Assembly: GCA_010015805.1 (NCBI GenBank)
Contig: ML978124.1
Span: 930,001-994,000, forward strand
Source of the DNA: Rhizodiscina lignyota
Taxonomy: Eukaryota
Length of the DNA: 64,000 bases
Reading direction: 5' to 3'
In this document: positions 47,809-60,126 of the stretch, piece after piece
Layout of the letters: each line of letters begins with the position of its first letter
Position numbering within the stretch: the first letter of the stretch is position 1
Position numbers and translations under genes: made by a program
Notes under the pieces: generated by a model
What the model saw: the letters and a program-made list of their open reading frames with translations, nothing else
Databases searched by the model: none
What the model was told of the DNA's origin: nothing

Positions 47809-49537
47809 TGCGATTGTGTATACAGTGCGGTATGCTACGGTCGGATGGTGAGGAAGCGGTAGGGGGAACTGAAATACAAGCGAGAGCAAAGATGCGGTGA
47901 AGGTTAGGCTATATCGGAGCTATCGGAGGATGAGGAATTGCAGTAGGTACACGTATTGTATGCAGAGTGCAAGAACGATATGCGGAGGGATTATGCAGTG
48001 TCAGTTTAGGGTTCGTCCGGCTTGAGGGGAAGCTCTCGACAGGATAGCTCCAGCTCTAGATCCAGCACAATTTCAACAGCACACTCGGACTCGAGGAAGC
48101 ATGAGGAGGGCGACGCTTTTTAATTCCATCGCCACGGAATCGACAAGCCACTGCATAAGGCTGGGCAATGCGTTGCGATTGTCCGAAGCTCACCCCAGGT
48201 GGTGCGATTCAGCACCTCCGACGTCCGTACCAACGCGGTGCACGGCCCAACTCTCAACGAGTTACGACGGGGATGATTGCGGGCCGCTGACAAGCTCTCC
48301 AATGAGGACAAGCAAATCAAGATGTTTCGCAAGCGACCAGCGACACTCCCTGGCCATTTCCCCGCAATTCCTACCCACGCCGGCAGCGTTGGGCGAGGCT
48401 CGATTCAGGAGTTGAAGGGAGCGAGCGATGTCAACGTCTCAGTTGCGACGAGCGTTGAAGACAGAGGTAACGCATGTGCACGCGGCATTCAGGGCGCTCG
48501 TAGCGTCAAAGCGTTCGTTCGCGTAAGGTGGCACTGTGGCATAATGCCGTTGCCAATCTTGGAGTCTCGGCTCTCCGCGTTGCATGGCGCTTCAAAGGCG
48601 GTGAGTTCGATAAGACTCCGATTCTGGAAGAGCTCTTATCACGATAGGCGTCGTAGACGAGCCATATTATTTCGTATAGAGATAATGATTAGTGGGTATA
48701 TGTTATTGTTTGTAGCAATTACATATCTCGACGGAAATGTTGGACTGTGGCACCTGGTGTTGCTTGTCTCAGACCATGACCTTGGTCTTGTACCTGTCGA
48801 TCCGTGCTTCAGGAATTTGACCCATGCGGAATCCAAAATCATCGAGCATGTAAACAAGATATCTTCGTGGCGAGCCCCAATTGGTTCCTCCTCACCAGTA
48901 GTAGCAGCAGAAGCAATGCAGCCGCCTTTCATTGAATAGGCAGAGGTTCGAACGCTGTGTAAGTATGGAAAAGGGGTGGCGCTAACCCCCCACCACCCAT
49001 TGTGATGCACATCACCGCCGCCGACGACATCTCATCCAATCGATCGATTGTCTCTAGTCGTCCAAACTACCAGCCACTGCTCCGTGGCTCTTGTCCTTCG
49101 TTTCAAGTTCTTACTTCTGTTAATACCTTTCTTTCTGTTCATAATCTCTAAATTGTATACAATATCCCAAATGGCTTGCTTCTAATCGCCGGAGGCCGAG
49201 TCCTTTGTCCGAAAGTTTGCTCTCGACAAAGCACGGCATTGCCGCAATTAGAAGCCTGGCGTAGAGCTACACCACACGTTCGCTCCGCTTTGTTGCTTCT
49301 GATTAACATCAATGGGGCAGTAATACCTCTGTTGTGTCGCCAACACCTGGCACCTTCGAGTTCCGCGGCAAAAGACGCGTTCCCTCGTTCGGATCCAACT
49401 GCTACGGATCTTGTCGTAATTTGGAAAGAAACCGAGCACAAGCTAATACTTCGCCAAAGAGTGGGTACTTGGTCTCTAGACACACTTCAATAAAACACTT
49501 CTAACTGGTTATTAGAGCAGCACGCTCTCTTCCACCA

Positions 49538-52123
49538 ATGATGCACCAATTGTTTTGGAGCTGTACGGTAGCGTTGCTACTCTCTCCAGCCGCTGCGTTC
49601 TATCCGTATACGAATCGCTTCCCAATCCACCGAGTTGCAGTCCAGCGAGACAACAAGTACAATGTCGTCAGCGCCGCAAAGCCTTCCCAACCGGATAGTG
49701 CTGGTGTCAATGAAGATGGAACCGACTTTACATACTTCGCGAGCATGTCTTTTGGGGAGGGCAAGCAGAGTTTCAATATGCTGGTTGACTCTGGAGCCTC
49801 GAACACTTGGGTCATGAGCTCCGAATGCACATTAGACGTGTGCACGGCGCACAATACATTTGGAACTGAAGACTCGAGTACGCTGAAGGTTACTGGGAAG
49901 GCCTTTGGGATAACATACGGTACTGGCAGCGTTGAAGGTGTCATCGGAAGTGATACTGCACACTTTGCAGGCCTTAGTGTTCCCCTTACATTCGGCCTTG
50001 GTCAGAATGTTTCCACCGAGTTCATGAGCTACCCTATGGACGGCATTGTGGGTTTAGGCCGCGGTGACTCGACTGAGCCTGCCATAGACGCGCCCACTTT
50101 CATGGATGCACTGAAGTCTTCAGGAGCTATCAAGACAAAACTTTACGGCCTCAATCTCTGGCGTGCATCCGATGGTGGCACCAACAACGGCGAAATTACT
50201 TTCGGCTTTCCAGACTCGAGCAAGTACAGCGGATCGCTCTCCTATGTTACCACCATGACCAACAGCGACGGTTTCTGGGAAATCCCCATTGGCGAAGCTT
50301 CCGTCAATGGTAAATCTTTGGGGATTAGCCAACGTTCGGCGCTCATCGACTCTGGCACGTCTTTTATCCTCATGCCGTCTGATGATGCGCAGAAGCTCCA
50401 TAGCCAGATTCAAGGCTCATACCAGGATGGCGAGAGATACTCCATTCCTTGCGATTGGAAAGGAACTGTATCCATTACGTTCAATGGCGTCACTTACGAC
50501 ATCTCCTACAAAGACGTCGTGTACACTAGCACGAATGACCAATGCATAAGCAACATTGTTGGACGCCAAACCTTTGGTCCTACCCAATGGCTTGTTGGAG
50601 ACGTCTTCCTGAAGAATGTCTACTCTGTCTTCGATTTCGATGGAAACCGCATGGGCTTCGGGAAGAAGAGTGTTTCGTCTGAGTCTGCTAATAGCAGCCC
50701 TACGACAAGCTTGGCTTCATCGTCGGCACCTGCAAAGACTTCCTCCGCATCAGGTACGCTCAAAAGCTCTTCATCTAAACCAGAGACCGCAGCACACCCT
50801 CCAATCACTACAAAACGGGTGTCTTATACCCCTGTCCACCACGTCACAACAAGATCCAGCTCAATCGCCAAAGCAGACCCAAAGCCAAGCACAGCCTCAC
50901 CAACACAACCCTCTAACAAGATCAATTCTCATGCTTACACCGTCCAAACAGGTACATTGAACAATTCTTCTACTATCCTGATGTTTATGGACTTTCGCCA
51001 TTCGATTTCTACTGTCTCTTCGAATCTTCAGTCTCCTGGTCTCGTATCTCAAAGTCCACTCTCAAGTTCTTTGTCTATTCCTACATATAAGAGGCGCATG
51101 TTTCCAATTTTCGCCTCTGCGGAGCCAGTAGATGGAAATGCGCAGCTCCAAGGAGAGGAAAACGTGGATAAAAGTCTCTCGGCTTACCTGACTGGCTCTC
51201 CCCCCGACGCTGCTACAACAGGAGCTTCGAGCGCAGCTAAACCTGCCTCTCATGGAGCTTCACAGTCAACAACGAGTATAGTGCAGCAAAGCGCATCCAT
51301 CACGCCAGCCGCTTACGGATCTGTAACTCAGTCCGCCACGAGCACAACCTCTGCTCCTCCGGCCTATGGAGATGGAGAAGAAGATGAAGACGACGACGAA
51401 GACGATGAAGACTGTGATGAGATCACCGTTGTCTCAACGACAATCACGGGCACGCGGACGACAACAGCGACAACAAGCATTACGGAGCGTTGCTCCAACT
51501 GCAGCTTAACATCTCCTACTACAGGTTCAACAATATCGTCCGATGCTCCATCGTCTCCCTTGACTACATCCTCGGATGCTCCACCATCGATGCCTCAATA
51601 TCACTTTTCGACAAGTTCACCTGGATTTTCGGACTCCTACTCTTCTGGCTCGCTGACACCGTATCCGGAGGAATCATTTTCTGTGGCATCGTCCACTTCT
51701 CCTTGCACGAACTCTGAGTGCTTTTCTACAATGTCTAACCATCTCGACTATCTCGTACCGTCTTCAGATTCCATCTCATCAGACTCTACAGTTCCTCAAG
51801 ATTCAGCCTCAACAACGTACACATCCGACGACTCAACTGACTCATCTTACCCGACAGGCTCCACCGCACTTCAAACAGCAGACATTACAGGCTCCGGCTC
51901 CGGGCCCGTGGGCGCCGAGAGCACGCCTACGAGCGGTTCTCCGTCTGATACCGGGGTCGCACCTCCGGCTGCCGATTCTACCGGTGACTCGAGTTCTGGC
52001 GACACGCCGAGTGGGACGCAGACGGGGCCCGAGACGATTGGGTCAAGCGACGCTGTAAGGTTTGTGGGCAGCGCGATGGCGGGATTGGTTGGGGTGCTGG
52101 CGGTGGCGGTGCTACTGCTTTGA
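49538..52123 (+). CDS. Secreted GPI-anchored A1 aspartic protease (CtsD/yapsin-like) with a long Ser/Thr stalk
   Basis: Signal peptide; two catalytic DSG motifs (LVDSGASNTWV, LIDSGTSF); YGTGSV flap; DGIVGLG; LVGDVFLKNVYSVFDF; Ser/Thr-rich tail; hydrophobic C-terminal GPI signal. Confidence 0.9.
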   Translation: MMHQLFWSCTVALLLSPAAAFYPYTNRFPIHRVAVQRDNKYNVVSAAKPSQPDSAGVNEDGTDFTYFASMSFGEGKQSFNMLVDSGASNTWVMSSECTLDVCTAHNTFGTEDSSTLKVTGKAFGITYGTGSVEGVIGSDTAHFAGLSVPLTFGLGQNVSTEFMSYPMDGIVGLGRGDSTEPAIDAPTFMDALKSSGAIKTKLYGLNLWRASDGGTNNGEITFGFPDSSKYSGSLSYVTTMTNSDGFWEIPIGEASVNGKSLGISQRSALIDSGTSFILMPSDDAQKLHSQIQGSYQDGERYSIPCDWKGTVSITFNGVTYDISYKDVVYTSTNDQCISNIVGRQTFGPTQWLVGDVFLKNVYSVFDFDGNRMGFGKKSVSSESANSSPTTSLASSSAPAKTSSASGTLKSSSSKPETAAHPPITTKRVSYTPVHHVTTRSSSIAKADPKPSTASPTQPSNKINSHAYTVQTGTLNNSSTILMFMDFRHSISTVSSNLQSPGLVSQSPLSSSLSIPTYKRRMFPIFASAEPVDGNAQLQGEENVDKSLSAYLTGSPPDAATTGASSAAKPASHGASQSTTSIVQQSASITPAAYGSVTQSATSTTSAPPAYGDGEEDEDDDEDDEDCDEITVVSTTITGTRTTTATTSITERCSNCSLTSPTTGSTISSDAPSSPLTTSSDAPPSMPQYHFSTSSPGFSDSYSSGSLTPYPEESFSVASSTSPCTNSECFSTMSNHLDYLVPSSDSISSDSTVPQDSASTTYTSDDSTDSSYPTGSTALQTADITGSGSGPVGAESTPTSGSPSDTGVAPPAADSTGDSSSGDTPSGTQTGPETIGSSDAVRFVGSAMAGLVGVLAVAVLLL

Positions 52124-53592
52124 GAGTTTTTTTTTCTTGCGTTGCATTCAAATGAGCATTCACGGTGTCATCGGAGCATAGCAAGGCGTTAGGAATAGGA
52201 CGTTCAGATGTTCTGTAGGATTAGAAAAGTGATGGGTGGATGAAGACAGGCATATGCATCAGAAGTGCGCACATCTAGTGGCTACGCTTAATGATAATGG
52301 GCTGCTACTTCTGCTGAGTTGTTTCTATCTATATCGAGTGCTCGATTATCATTGTGCCCGATTCAGGCTTCCAGGCTTCGGATCTTTTCGAGACTACGAA
52401 AAAGCTGGCTTCCGGCGAGCGGACAGTCTAAAGGTGTCTTCAGTCACTACTTGACGATAAAGCCTCGCATCATCTTCGCATGGAGTATACATGAGAGTTT
52501 ATGCGCGTATATGACATAGCTTCAGCAATGGACAGAAGTATACTTTGTATTTCAAGCCTTGTGTTAAAGGAGTTTCTCTTCTGCTGTGTAAGCCCTAGCG
52601 CACCGCCACACAGTGAAGTCACATAATGACATGGAAAGTATTGCAACGGTCCTTGTACTATGAATTCAAGATAGCTCGCACAAATTTCTCATGTAGATGG
52701 CGTCAGGGAATCGTAGAGTGCCGGTCACAGAGGCGCACTTGAAAGAATTCCTCTCCTGTGAAGCTCTGAACTACCGGAGAGAACTTGGGGTATCGAAAAA
52801 GCGGAAACCGTCGGAGAAGCAGGAAATGCTTACAGTACTTCGTGAGGGCAACTGCGTCTGGAATGGGGTGGAGGATCGGCATTCTAGTCTCAATTTGTCA
52901 CTGGATCAGAAGGCGAGTCTAGAATGATACGAGTGGGCACGAGTGGGATACTGAGCTCTGATGCTGGCTCTGGGCTTGACGTACATATCGACAACGTGGA
53001 TGGCATTAGGGTAACCAGAAGTTTTGGACATCACCGCTAAAATCGATCCAAGCGTCTGCATTTCGGTAACGCCTATGAAAGGGTAAAGTGGACACGAGTA
53101 GTGAAAAAAGCTATTACACCGGGGTTTGATGCTACGACTACCGCAACGACCGTCGAACCGTGGGAAGAAAGAGAAAGAAAAGGGGCATCAGAAGCACAGT
53201 AGAGAAAAATCGGTTGTGAGAGTTGTTTTCGTAGGATGCTGCCTGTTCTTTGCCACTTTGAGAAACTAGAAAGCTGGATTAAAACTCGCTCCTCCTGAAG
53301 TCCGGCTTCCGGCTAACTCAAAATTTCCCTGTGCAGCAGGCAATGGACAAAAAAGAGGCAGTTTGCAAAACGATCTAACTGACAGACAGCCGGCCAGATG
53401 ATTGTGTCGGATTTATCCCCCAGCGAAGCTACTTCTACCCACAAGCGTCAATCCCGAATCCAAAAACAGTTTGATCGCATCCGGATGAGAAGGAGTTGTG
53501 TATGTCCGGTCTTCGCAGGAGGTTGAGGGTATGCATGAGGTGATATCTAGCGAAACGTGGTGGTCGTGATGAGGAAAGGATGGTGAGGTGCT

Positions 53593-54640
53593 CTACAGGA
53601 CCAAGCACTTGCTTCTGCGAGTTATTCGATGAGCGTTGGTTCGATAAGAATATTCATAGGGATCTTACTTCTTCTTGCCACCACGGCCTCCTCCAGACTT
53701 CTTGTTCATCAACGCGGCACGAGTCGCGTGCTCGAACACCTCGCGGACACCCTCACCGGTCTTGGCAGAGCACTCAATGTACTTGACAGCACCAATACGC
53801 TTCTTGACTTCCTCACCCTGCAATTATTGTATCAGAATCATGATGTTAACCAGTTTCGGAGATAAGGAATCATACCTGCTCCATGGTGACTGGCTTCTGT
53901 GAAGTCTTGTGAAGCTCCTCAATCGTCTTCTGATCGAACCGCAGATCCTTCTTGCAGCCAACGAGTATGATGGGGAGACCGGAGCAGAAGTGCAGAACCT
54001 CAGAGATCCACTGTTCCAGCTTCTGAGTTAGTAACACGGTGATCACTATAAAATAATTTACTGGTGGTGGAGACCGACCTTCTCTTGTACGTTATCGAGG
54101 GAGTCCGGAGAGTCTATCGCGAAGCAGATGAGAATGACGTGCGAATCAGGGTAGGAGAGTGGACGCAGGCGATCGTAATCTTCCTGGCCAGCCGTATCCC
54201 AGAGAGCCAGCTCGACGTGTTTGCCGTCGACCTCGACATCGGCAACGTAGTTCTCGAAGACGGTGGGGACGTAGACCTGTTGATCGCTGCAGTGTCAGAA
54301 GATTGCCATTCCCATGGAGATCACTTATGTGCGAGTGAAAGCTGATTAGAGGTGGAGATCTGAGGAGGTGTGTTGATAGGGCTGACGCAAGTCACGCCAG
54401 TTCGCGGTTTGTAGGAGCTCGGAAAAGGGTTATTTACCTCTGGGAAGGTGCCCTTGGAGAAGACGCTGTGCGTAAGAAGTCAGCTCTGCGAAAAGTTGGG
54501 GCGGCACGTGTGCTGCTGGCTCAGGCGCGAATAGCGTCACGGTTGAGGCAGAGGATGCGGGAGTTGACGTACATAAGGAGACAGGTCTTGCCGCAGGCAC
54601 CGTCGCCAACAATGACAAGCTTGCGTCGAAGTTCCGCCAT
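53593..54640 (-). CDS. RHO1: Rho1 GTPase
   Basis: [77 protein letters not shown]...|WISEV...|...[15 protein letters not shown]...KKK|SKCLVL*. Five introns; missed by the ORF track. Confidence 0.97.
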
Positions 54641-57600
54641 GGTTGTCGGCGGTGGTGAGAAGGTGTAGGGAAGGAGAGCGGTGTTGTGTGGAGAGGTTGC
54701 TGCAGGTGGTGGTTATGGGGGAGCGAGGTGTTGCTTTTCTGCAGGCAGTGGTTGTTGTGGAAAGAGCGCGCGATCGGCTGCGGCTACGAGCGAAGCTCAG
54801 CCCACGGACAGCGAGCGAGCTCGAGCGAGACGTGTGAACGTGAATGTGGCGGCCCGACCGACGCCAGCCAAGTTTCTTTAGGGTTAAGTACCGGTGCTCT
54901 GCGTGCGTGCGCGCTGCTGCTCTGGATCGGAAGAAGAAGAAAAGCAGGTTCTCCGTTTGTTGCTTGGAAACGGCGGCTTTTCATCGCACAAGCCACAGGC
55001 CAAGACTCTGCCTTCAACAACCTTGAGGGCCTAAGGCACATATCACACCTCACTCAGGCGCCTGTCTTGCTAAGCAGCCTCTTCGCCTCTGCTGCCTCCG
55101 CTGCTAGCTTCCTTACTATCTCCACGCTCTCCGGGAGTCCTGCCTGCGCTGCCTGCGCCGCCTGCAGAATGCTGGGCACGCGCCATTGCAAGACCATGTC
55201 CACGCTCATCAATTGCTCATTCTTTGTCCCTCATGAAACACCTTCATTTGCGGCAAACTGCCAAAGCCCCTTCGCCACATCCTCTTCCCAAACCTAGCAA
55301 GATCAGGGACGCCTCTGCGATCTCCTGCAGACGCATGGTTGGCACTTCGTCATGGCTGTGGCTATGCACCTCAGGGGCTTTTTACCGTTTTACGAGTGAT
55401 ACGACGCTTAGACGCACGTACCACACTCTGTTCCCGGAAGTCTCACTTCTCTCAAACCGGCATATGTTCACCTCTGTTCTTGCGAACATGAGTTCGTGGT
55501 TCGTGAGGATGTTCGATATGTTGAGAGGGCGATTCGCCTCAGGTGCTCCACTTCTTCACTAGGTCTAGGATAATGCCGATCATTGATTCTGCAAGTATTT
55601 GCATCTTAAGATCTCCACAGTAAAACCGGTCGAGTTTGTTATTTGGTTCTAATCCTGGACATCGGACTTTATTGAATATTTACATTATGTGGCATCCTGA
55701 TTCAAATCCGGGTACGACCGTCTCTCCTCCAGATTCCACGGAGTAGAGACCGTCGGTAAAGTCATTGGGCAGTGGCTTTTGAATCTCGCTCTGAATCTCC
55801 TATTTCTAACCTGTCTCAATGTTGCTCGGTTTCACCTCGTGCAACCATTGCCCAGAGAATCATGGCGTCGTTAGACTAGTGCAGATGTTGGGACAGTGTC
55901 TTTATTCTCTTCCTAACAGTAGCGCCGAGCTCATTCGTTTAACCCAAGTTCTTTCCTCCGTCCAAGCATTCACCTTTCCGAAAATTCCGCCCTCCAGGCA
56001 ATGACCATGAGAAAAACAACCATAACCGCCTTGTACAGTACCAATTCTCCCGCCTGCTTCAAATGGTACTACCGATGACAATCCTCAACTTCACGGAGCG
56101 GGACATCATCTTCCAACTAGTTAGCCTGTTCTTGCAGTGGGAGGCCCACGTTAGGACCAGCAACGAGGGCTTACACTGTATGGGCATGACATGATTGTGT
56201 ATCCAGAACGGCTGAGGGAGATCACCAGAATCCTCGATCGTGGAAAAGTGGACGTTTAAGCTCAGGAGGATTAACTTCATCTCGACGATGATGTTCACTG
56301 TCATTTCGATAAACCGTCGAGCCCCTTCTCGGCACACGAATCCGGGACCGGAAGGATCTAGAGGCGGGAGATTACGAGTGTGAGGGACTTTCAAAACTCA
56401 GTTCAGTGAATATCGTCTCTGGGTAAAAGCTTACGCAACAGTCAAAAAGCTTGAATGGAGACATTCTTTTGAGGTTTCGTATTAAGTGATAGAGGTTTAG
56501 TTGAAAGAGGTTTTGGACTATGGCAGAAATATATAGATGCCTCTAGCTAATCAGTACTTCATTTATGAAGTCCCCGGGATCGAGACCGCTCCGCGGCAAC
56601 GAAGGACAACCTACATGTCGAGAAGGAATTCTCCGAAGAAGACACTGATGACACCGATGTCTTAGGATCCCGAATCGCTGGATTTGGCACCGCACACAAC
56701 GCTCGCTTCCTCATTTCATTCGTGGATGAGTTTATGTGGCAAGAAGAGATTCGAATTCAGGAAGTCAATGCTCGAAGGCTCAGCAAGAAGGGTGTGTTCT
56801 TCCCATACCTCACTCGCGAACTTCATTCGAAAGATCTAGCTGGGGCAAATCGAAATAAACGTCGTCGAAACGAAATGACCAGGATCACGAGCTACTCCAT
56901 GTATTGTCTAGGTGGAACAAGGAGCGCCGAGTGATAGAGTAGCCACATCCGCGAAGGAGTTCAAGGCTGCAATCAATGATGGAGCGGGCTTGATGCCGTG
57001 AATTTGATAAATTGAGCAGAGGAATCTCTCACAAAGCAGGCTCAAAGTAGCAATTGCCAGGGAGTGTTCGATGACTGTAGCGCATGATGGCATTTTGTAA
57101 TGATAATTCAAAGTCTCTCCGGCCGTTCAATTCAGCTGAAGAATGGGCGTAAATAAATTGAAGCAGAACTAGACACTCAGGTGCAACGACCAGAAGGATA
57201 GCGGAGAGTAGAGAACATGTCTTATTGGCTGCTTCCATAGCTATTCCTTCGCTGTCCCTCGCGTGTCTGAAGCTTAGTTCTAAGAGAATGCGCTTTACTG
57301 TTCTGCAGCCACTATGCAAGTCTACGAACACAATAAAATAATAAAAAATATTATAATTATAATATTCTCATTTAAATTATTTAACATCAATACTGAAGTA
57401 GTGGATCCCCAGTCCGGCGCAGCTGCGTGATATATGGTGCGGTGAGTTTCGGAAGCTTCTGACCTTCACAATGGGTTGTGAGATGATCACCCTCCGCCTC
57501 ACACGGGTGCCTTGGTCCCTGCTAGGCCCCCAAATTTGGGTTGTTAGGCACCCAGAGTTAGGGTCCCTGGCTTGGGCTTGATCCGTTGAATGTCTTCCCC

Positions 57601-57770
57601 TGCACAGGGATTCCATTTTCATGCTCGTCCGACTTCAACATCAGACAAACAGACTGTCAAAATCCCAGAAGGACCTCATCTGACAGTCTTTTTCCACGAT
57701 AGTATCTGTCCTGCTAGATACGTCGATACTGCTCTCTAAACTTCCTATTTCTTTACCACCAGTGTCTACT

Positions 57771-58346
57771 ATGACGTCGTCTGACGCTCCATTTCCTCCG
57801 TCTTCAGCATCAGGCACCTTCATAGCTTCAAGCCGCGTCAAAATCAATGCACCTGCATCTCTAGTCTTCGACATACTCACCGATCCCTCCACATGGCCAG
57901 ACTGGAACCTATTTGTCCCCCGCGCTGTCTCACTCCCATCGGAAGAGCCTGCGACCAAGATGAAGCAAGGTGACAAGATTCGCTTCTTGGTTAGTCTTCC
58001 TACGACCGCAGGCCCGAATCCAAAGCGATCGGACACTCGCACTGATGAGCTTGTCGAGTTGATTTCTGTCCCATCTGATGAGGACACGCTGAAGATCTAT
58101 CGGGCGAACTGGAGCATGATTCAGACTGTCACGCTGCCGAGCTTCATGCTCAGATGCCTAAGATGCAATGAAATCGAGGTGCTTGGGGAAGATGAGTGCG
58201 AGTATAGGAGTTGGGAAACGTTTAATGGGCTTGCGGCTTGGGGCTTAAGATTCGCGGCTGCAGGGACATTGGAAAGAGGTTTCAATGAATGGGGAGAAGG
58301 GCTTAAAAAGGCAGTTGAAGATCGCTGGAAGGCTCAGAAGGGCTAA
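57771..58346 (+). CDS. SRPBCC/START-fold (polyketide cyclase 2-like) protein
   Basis: SRVKINAPASLVFDILTDPSTWPDWN N-terminus, YRSWETFNG, C-terminal helix FNEWGEGLKKAVE. Confidence 0.8.
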   Translation: MTSSDAPFPPSSASGTFIASSRVKINAPASLVFDILTDPSTWPDWNLFVPRAVSLPSEEPATKMKQGDKIRFLVSLPTTAGPNPKRSDTRTDELVELISVPSDEDTLKIYRANWSMIQTVTLPSFMLRCLRCNEIEVLGEDECEYRSWETFNGLAAWGLRFAAAGTLERGFNEWGEGLKKAVEDRWKAQKG

Positions 58347-58546
58347 TAGTCTTTTTCCCTATTGGAGTTCAACATGTTTTCAGCGATCACTGGCATCGTA
58401 TATAGTCACGTGGTTGATAGTATATCGAAAGCGAGCGGGCCTCCTTAGCCGAAGTTCTGCCATTGCCAAGCCACGCACACTAAATTCGCCAACTTCAACT
58501 ACAATTCAAGCCCAACCTCACCAAACAAACCTCAAATACCGACACG

Positions 58547-59078
58547 ATGACAAAACGAACCAAGAGTGAGCTCACTTACCAATACACCCTAATGTCAGTT
58601 TCATGGACTAACGAGTAATTCAGAGGTCGGAGTCACCGGTAAATACGGTACCAGGTACGGCGTTGCGAATATTCCCTCCACAACCTTTCGGACCACGATC
58701 CGCGAACAAATCAATCGCAATCAGTCGTTGCATTAAGAGGGATGCGTAACTAACCACAAATAACAGATACGGTGCTTCCCTGCGTAAGCAGGTGAAGAAG
58801 ATGGAAATCACACAGCACGCTCGGTACACCTGCTCCTTCTGCGGCAAGAACACTGTGAAGCGTCATTCGGTCGGCATCTGGACTTGCAGGTCCTGCAAAA
58901 AGACGGTCGCTGGAGGTGCTTGGACAGTATCGTAAGTATTCGGACGCATTTAGATTGATTCAAGAGCATCGGAACTGTTATTTGGAGAACCTCTTGCTCA
59001 CGACTTGCCCTCAGGACACCTGCTGCAGCAGCGACACGGTCAACAATTCGTCGTTTGAGGGAAATTGCGGAGGTTTAG
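58547..59078 (+). CDS. RPL43: 60S ribosomal protein eL43 (L37a)
   Basis: [92 protein letters not shown]. Three introns. Confidence 0.97.
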
Positions 59079-60126
59079 GGTCATCTCGTGCATGGCTGGA
59101 GCATTCGATTTCGATATTTTCTTTTGCATTTTCCGATCGCCTTCGCCTGGGGACCTCCCGATGCGAGCGACACGTCAACTGTCGGTAGACTCGATGCGAT
59201 TCGGATTCCGACAGCATAAAGCCGTTTCTCGCATGGCTAGATACTCTCAATGAATGATACATGGGTTTCATGACAAGACAAGAGAGTGGAGCGGCCTGAC
59301 TTGGACCGGATCTATCCTCCTCTCACTCGTCCCTCAGCTAGCTCGGGCCACTTTGTCCACTTCTCTGCTTTTGATTCGTGAAATAATATGCCGCACTCTT
59401 TTTGTTCACTCTTATATGCAACGGATTTCTCAAGGCAGCTATCCAAAAGGGAGTACCTGACTTGCGAAATAAATTCGATCCCGCCCACCGCGACATCATA
59501 TGACGTTCTGGGTTCTGACCGAGGTGCTTCGGGGATTCAGCTGTACCTGTGCTTGGTCTGACACACCTCAAAATGTCCATGTGAGTATTATGCGAGGAAG
59601 GTGCCAATAATAGGGGCGGAATCCAGCATCCGTCTGAAGTGCCACAAATACGGACTCCTACAAGACATTTTGATCGATTACTGTAAAGGCTATCTATCAA
59701 GGCATTTATTGGAATCTGTTCAGCTCCTCACTGTGGGTTTCTTTCCTTTTTCAAGCTGACGTCGTTCTGCAGAAGCGGCTCGAAAGAGAAACGGACAGTA
59801 ACTTTCAGAAAAATCATATTGGTGGAGTGAAAGGACGAGCGAATTCCGCACATTACGCGTTAATCAGCAGCCAGCCTCCATTCACTGCTCGCACTATAAT
59901 TTCTGTCGGAATTTCCCTTCGTTTCAAGGCAGAGCATTCGCCGCTGCACAACGCGTGTCACTTTGGGTTTAGCCAAACACGTGACTTCCACATTACGCTA
60001 AATAGCGAGCGGCCAGCATCCCCGCTACTCTTTCCTTCAGCATCGCCTTCACCTCGAGCAACCCGAAACCTATGACTTTACCATTCTCCCTCGCCACCAA
60101 GTTCTTTTCTCTTTCAGAGCCTCCCA

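Noticed and set aside
48940..48962. GGTTCGAAC B-box/T-loop-like motif
   Set aside because: The flanks do not form a T-stem and no cloverleaf is present.
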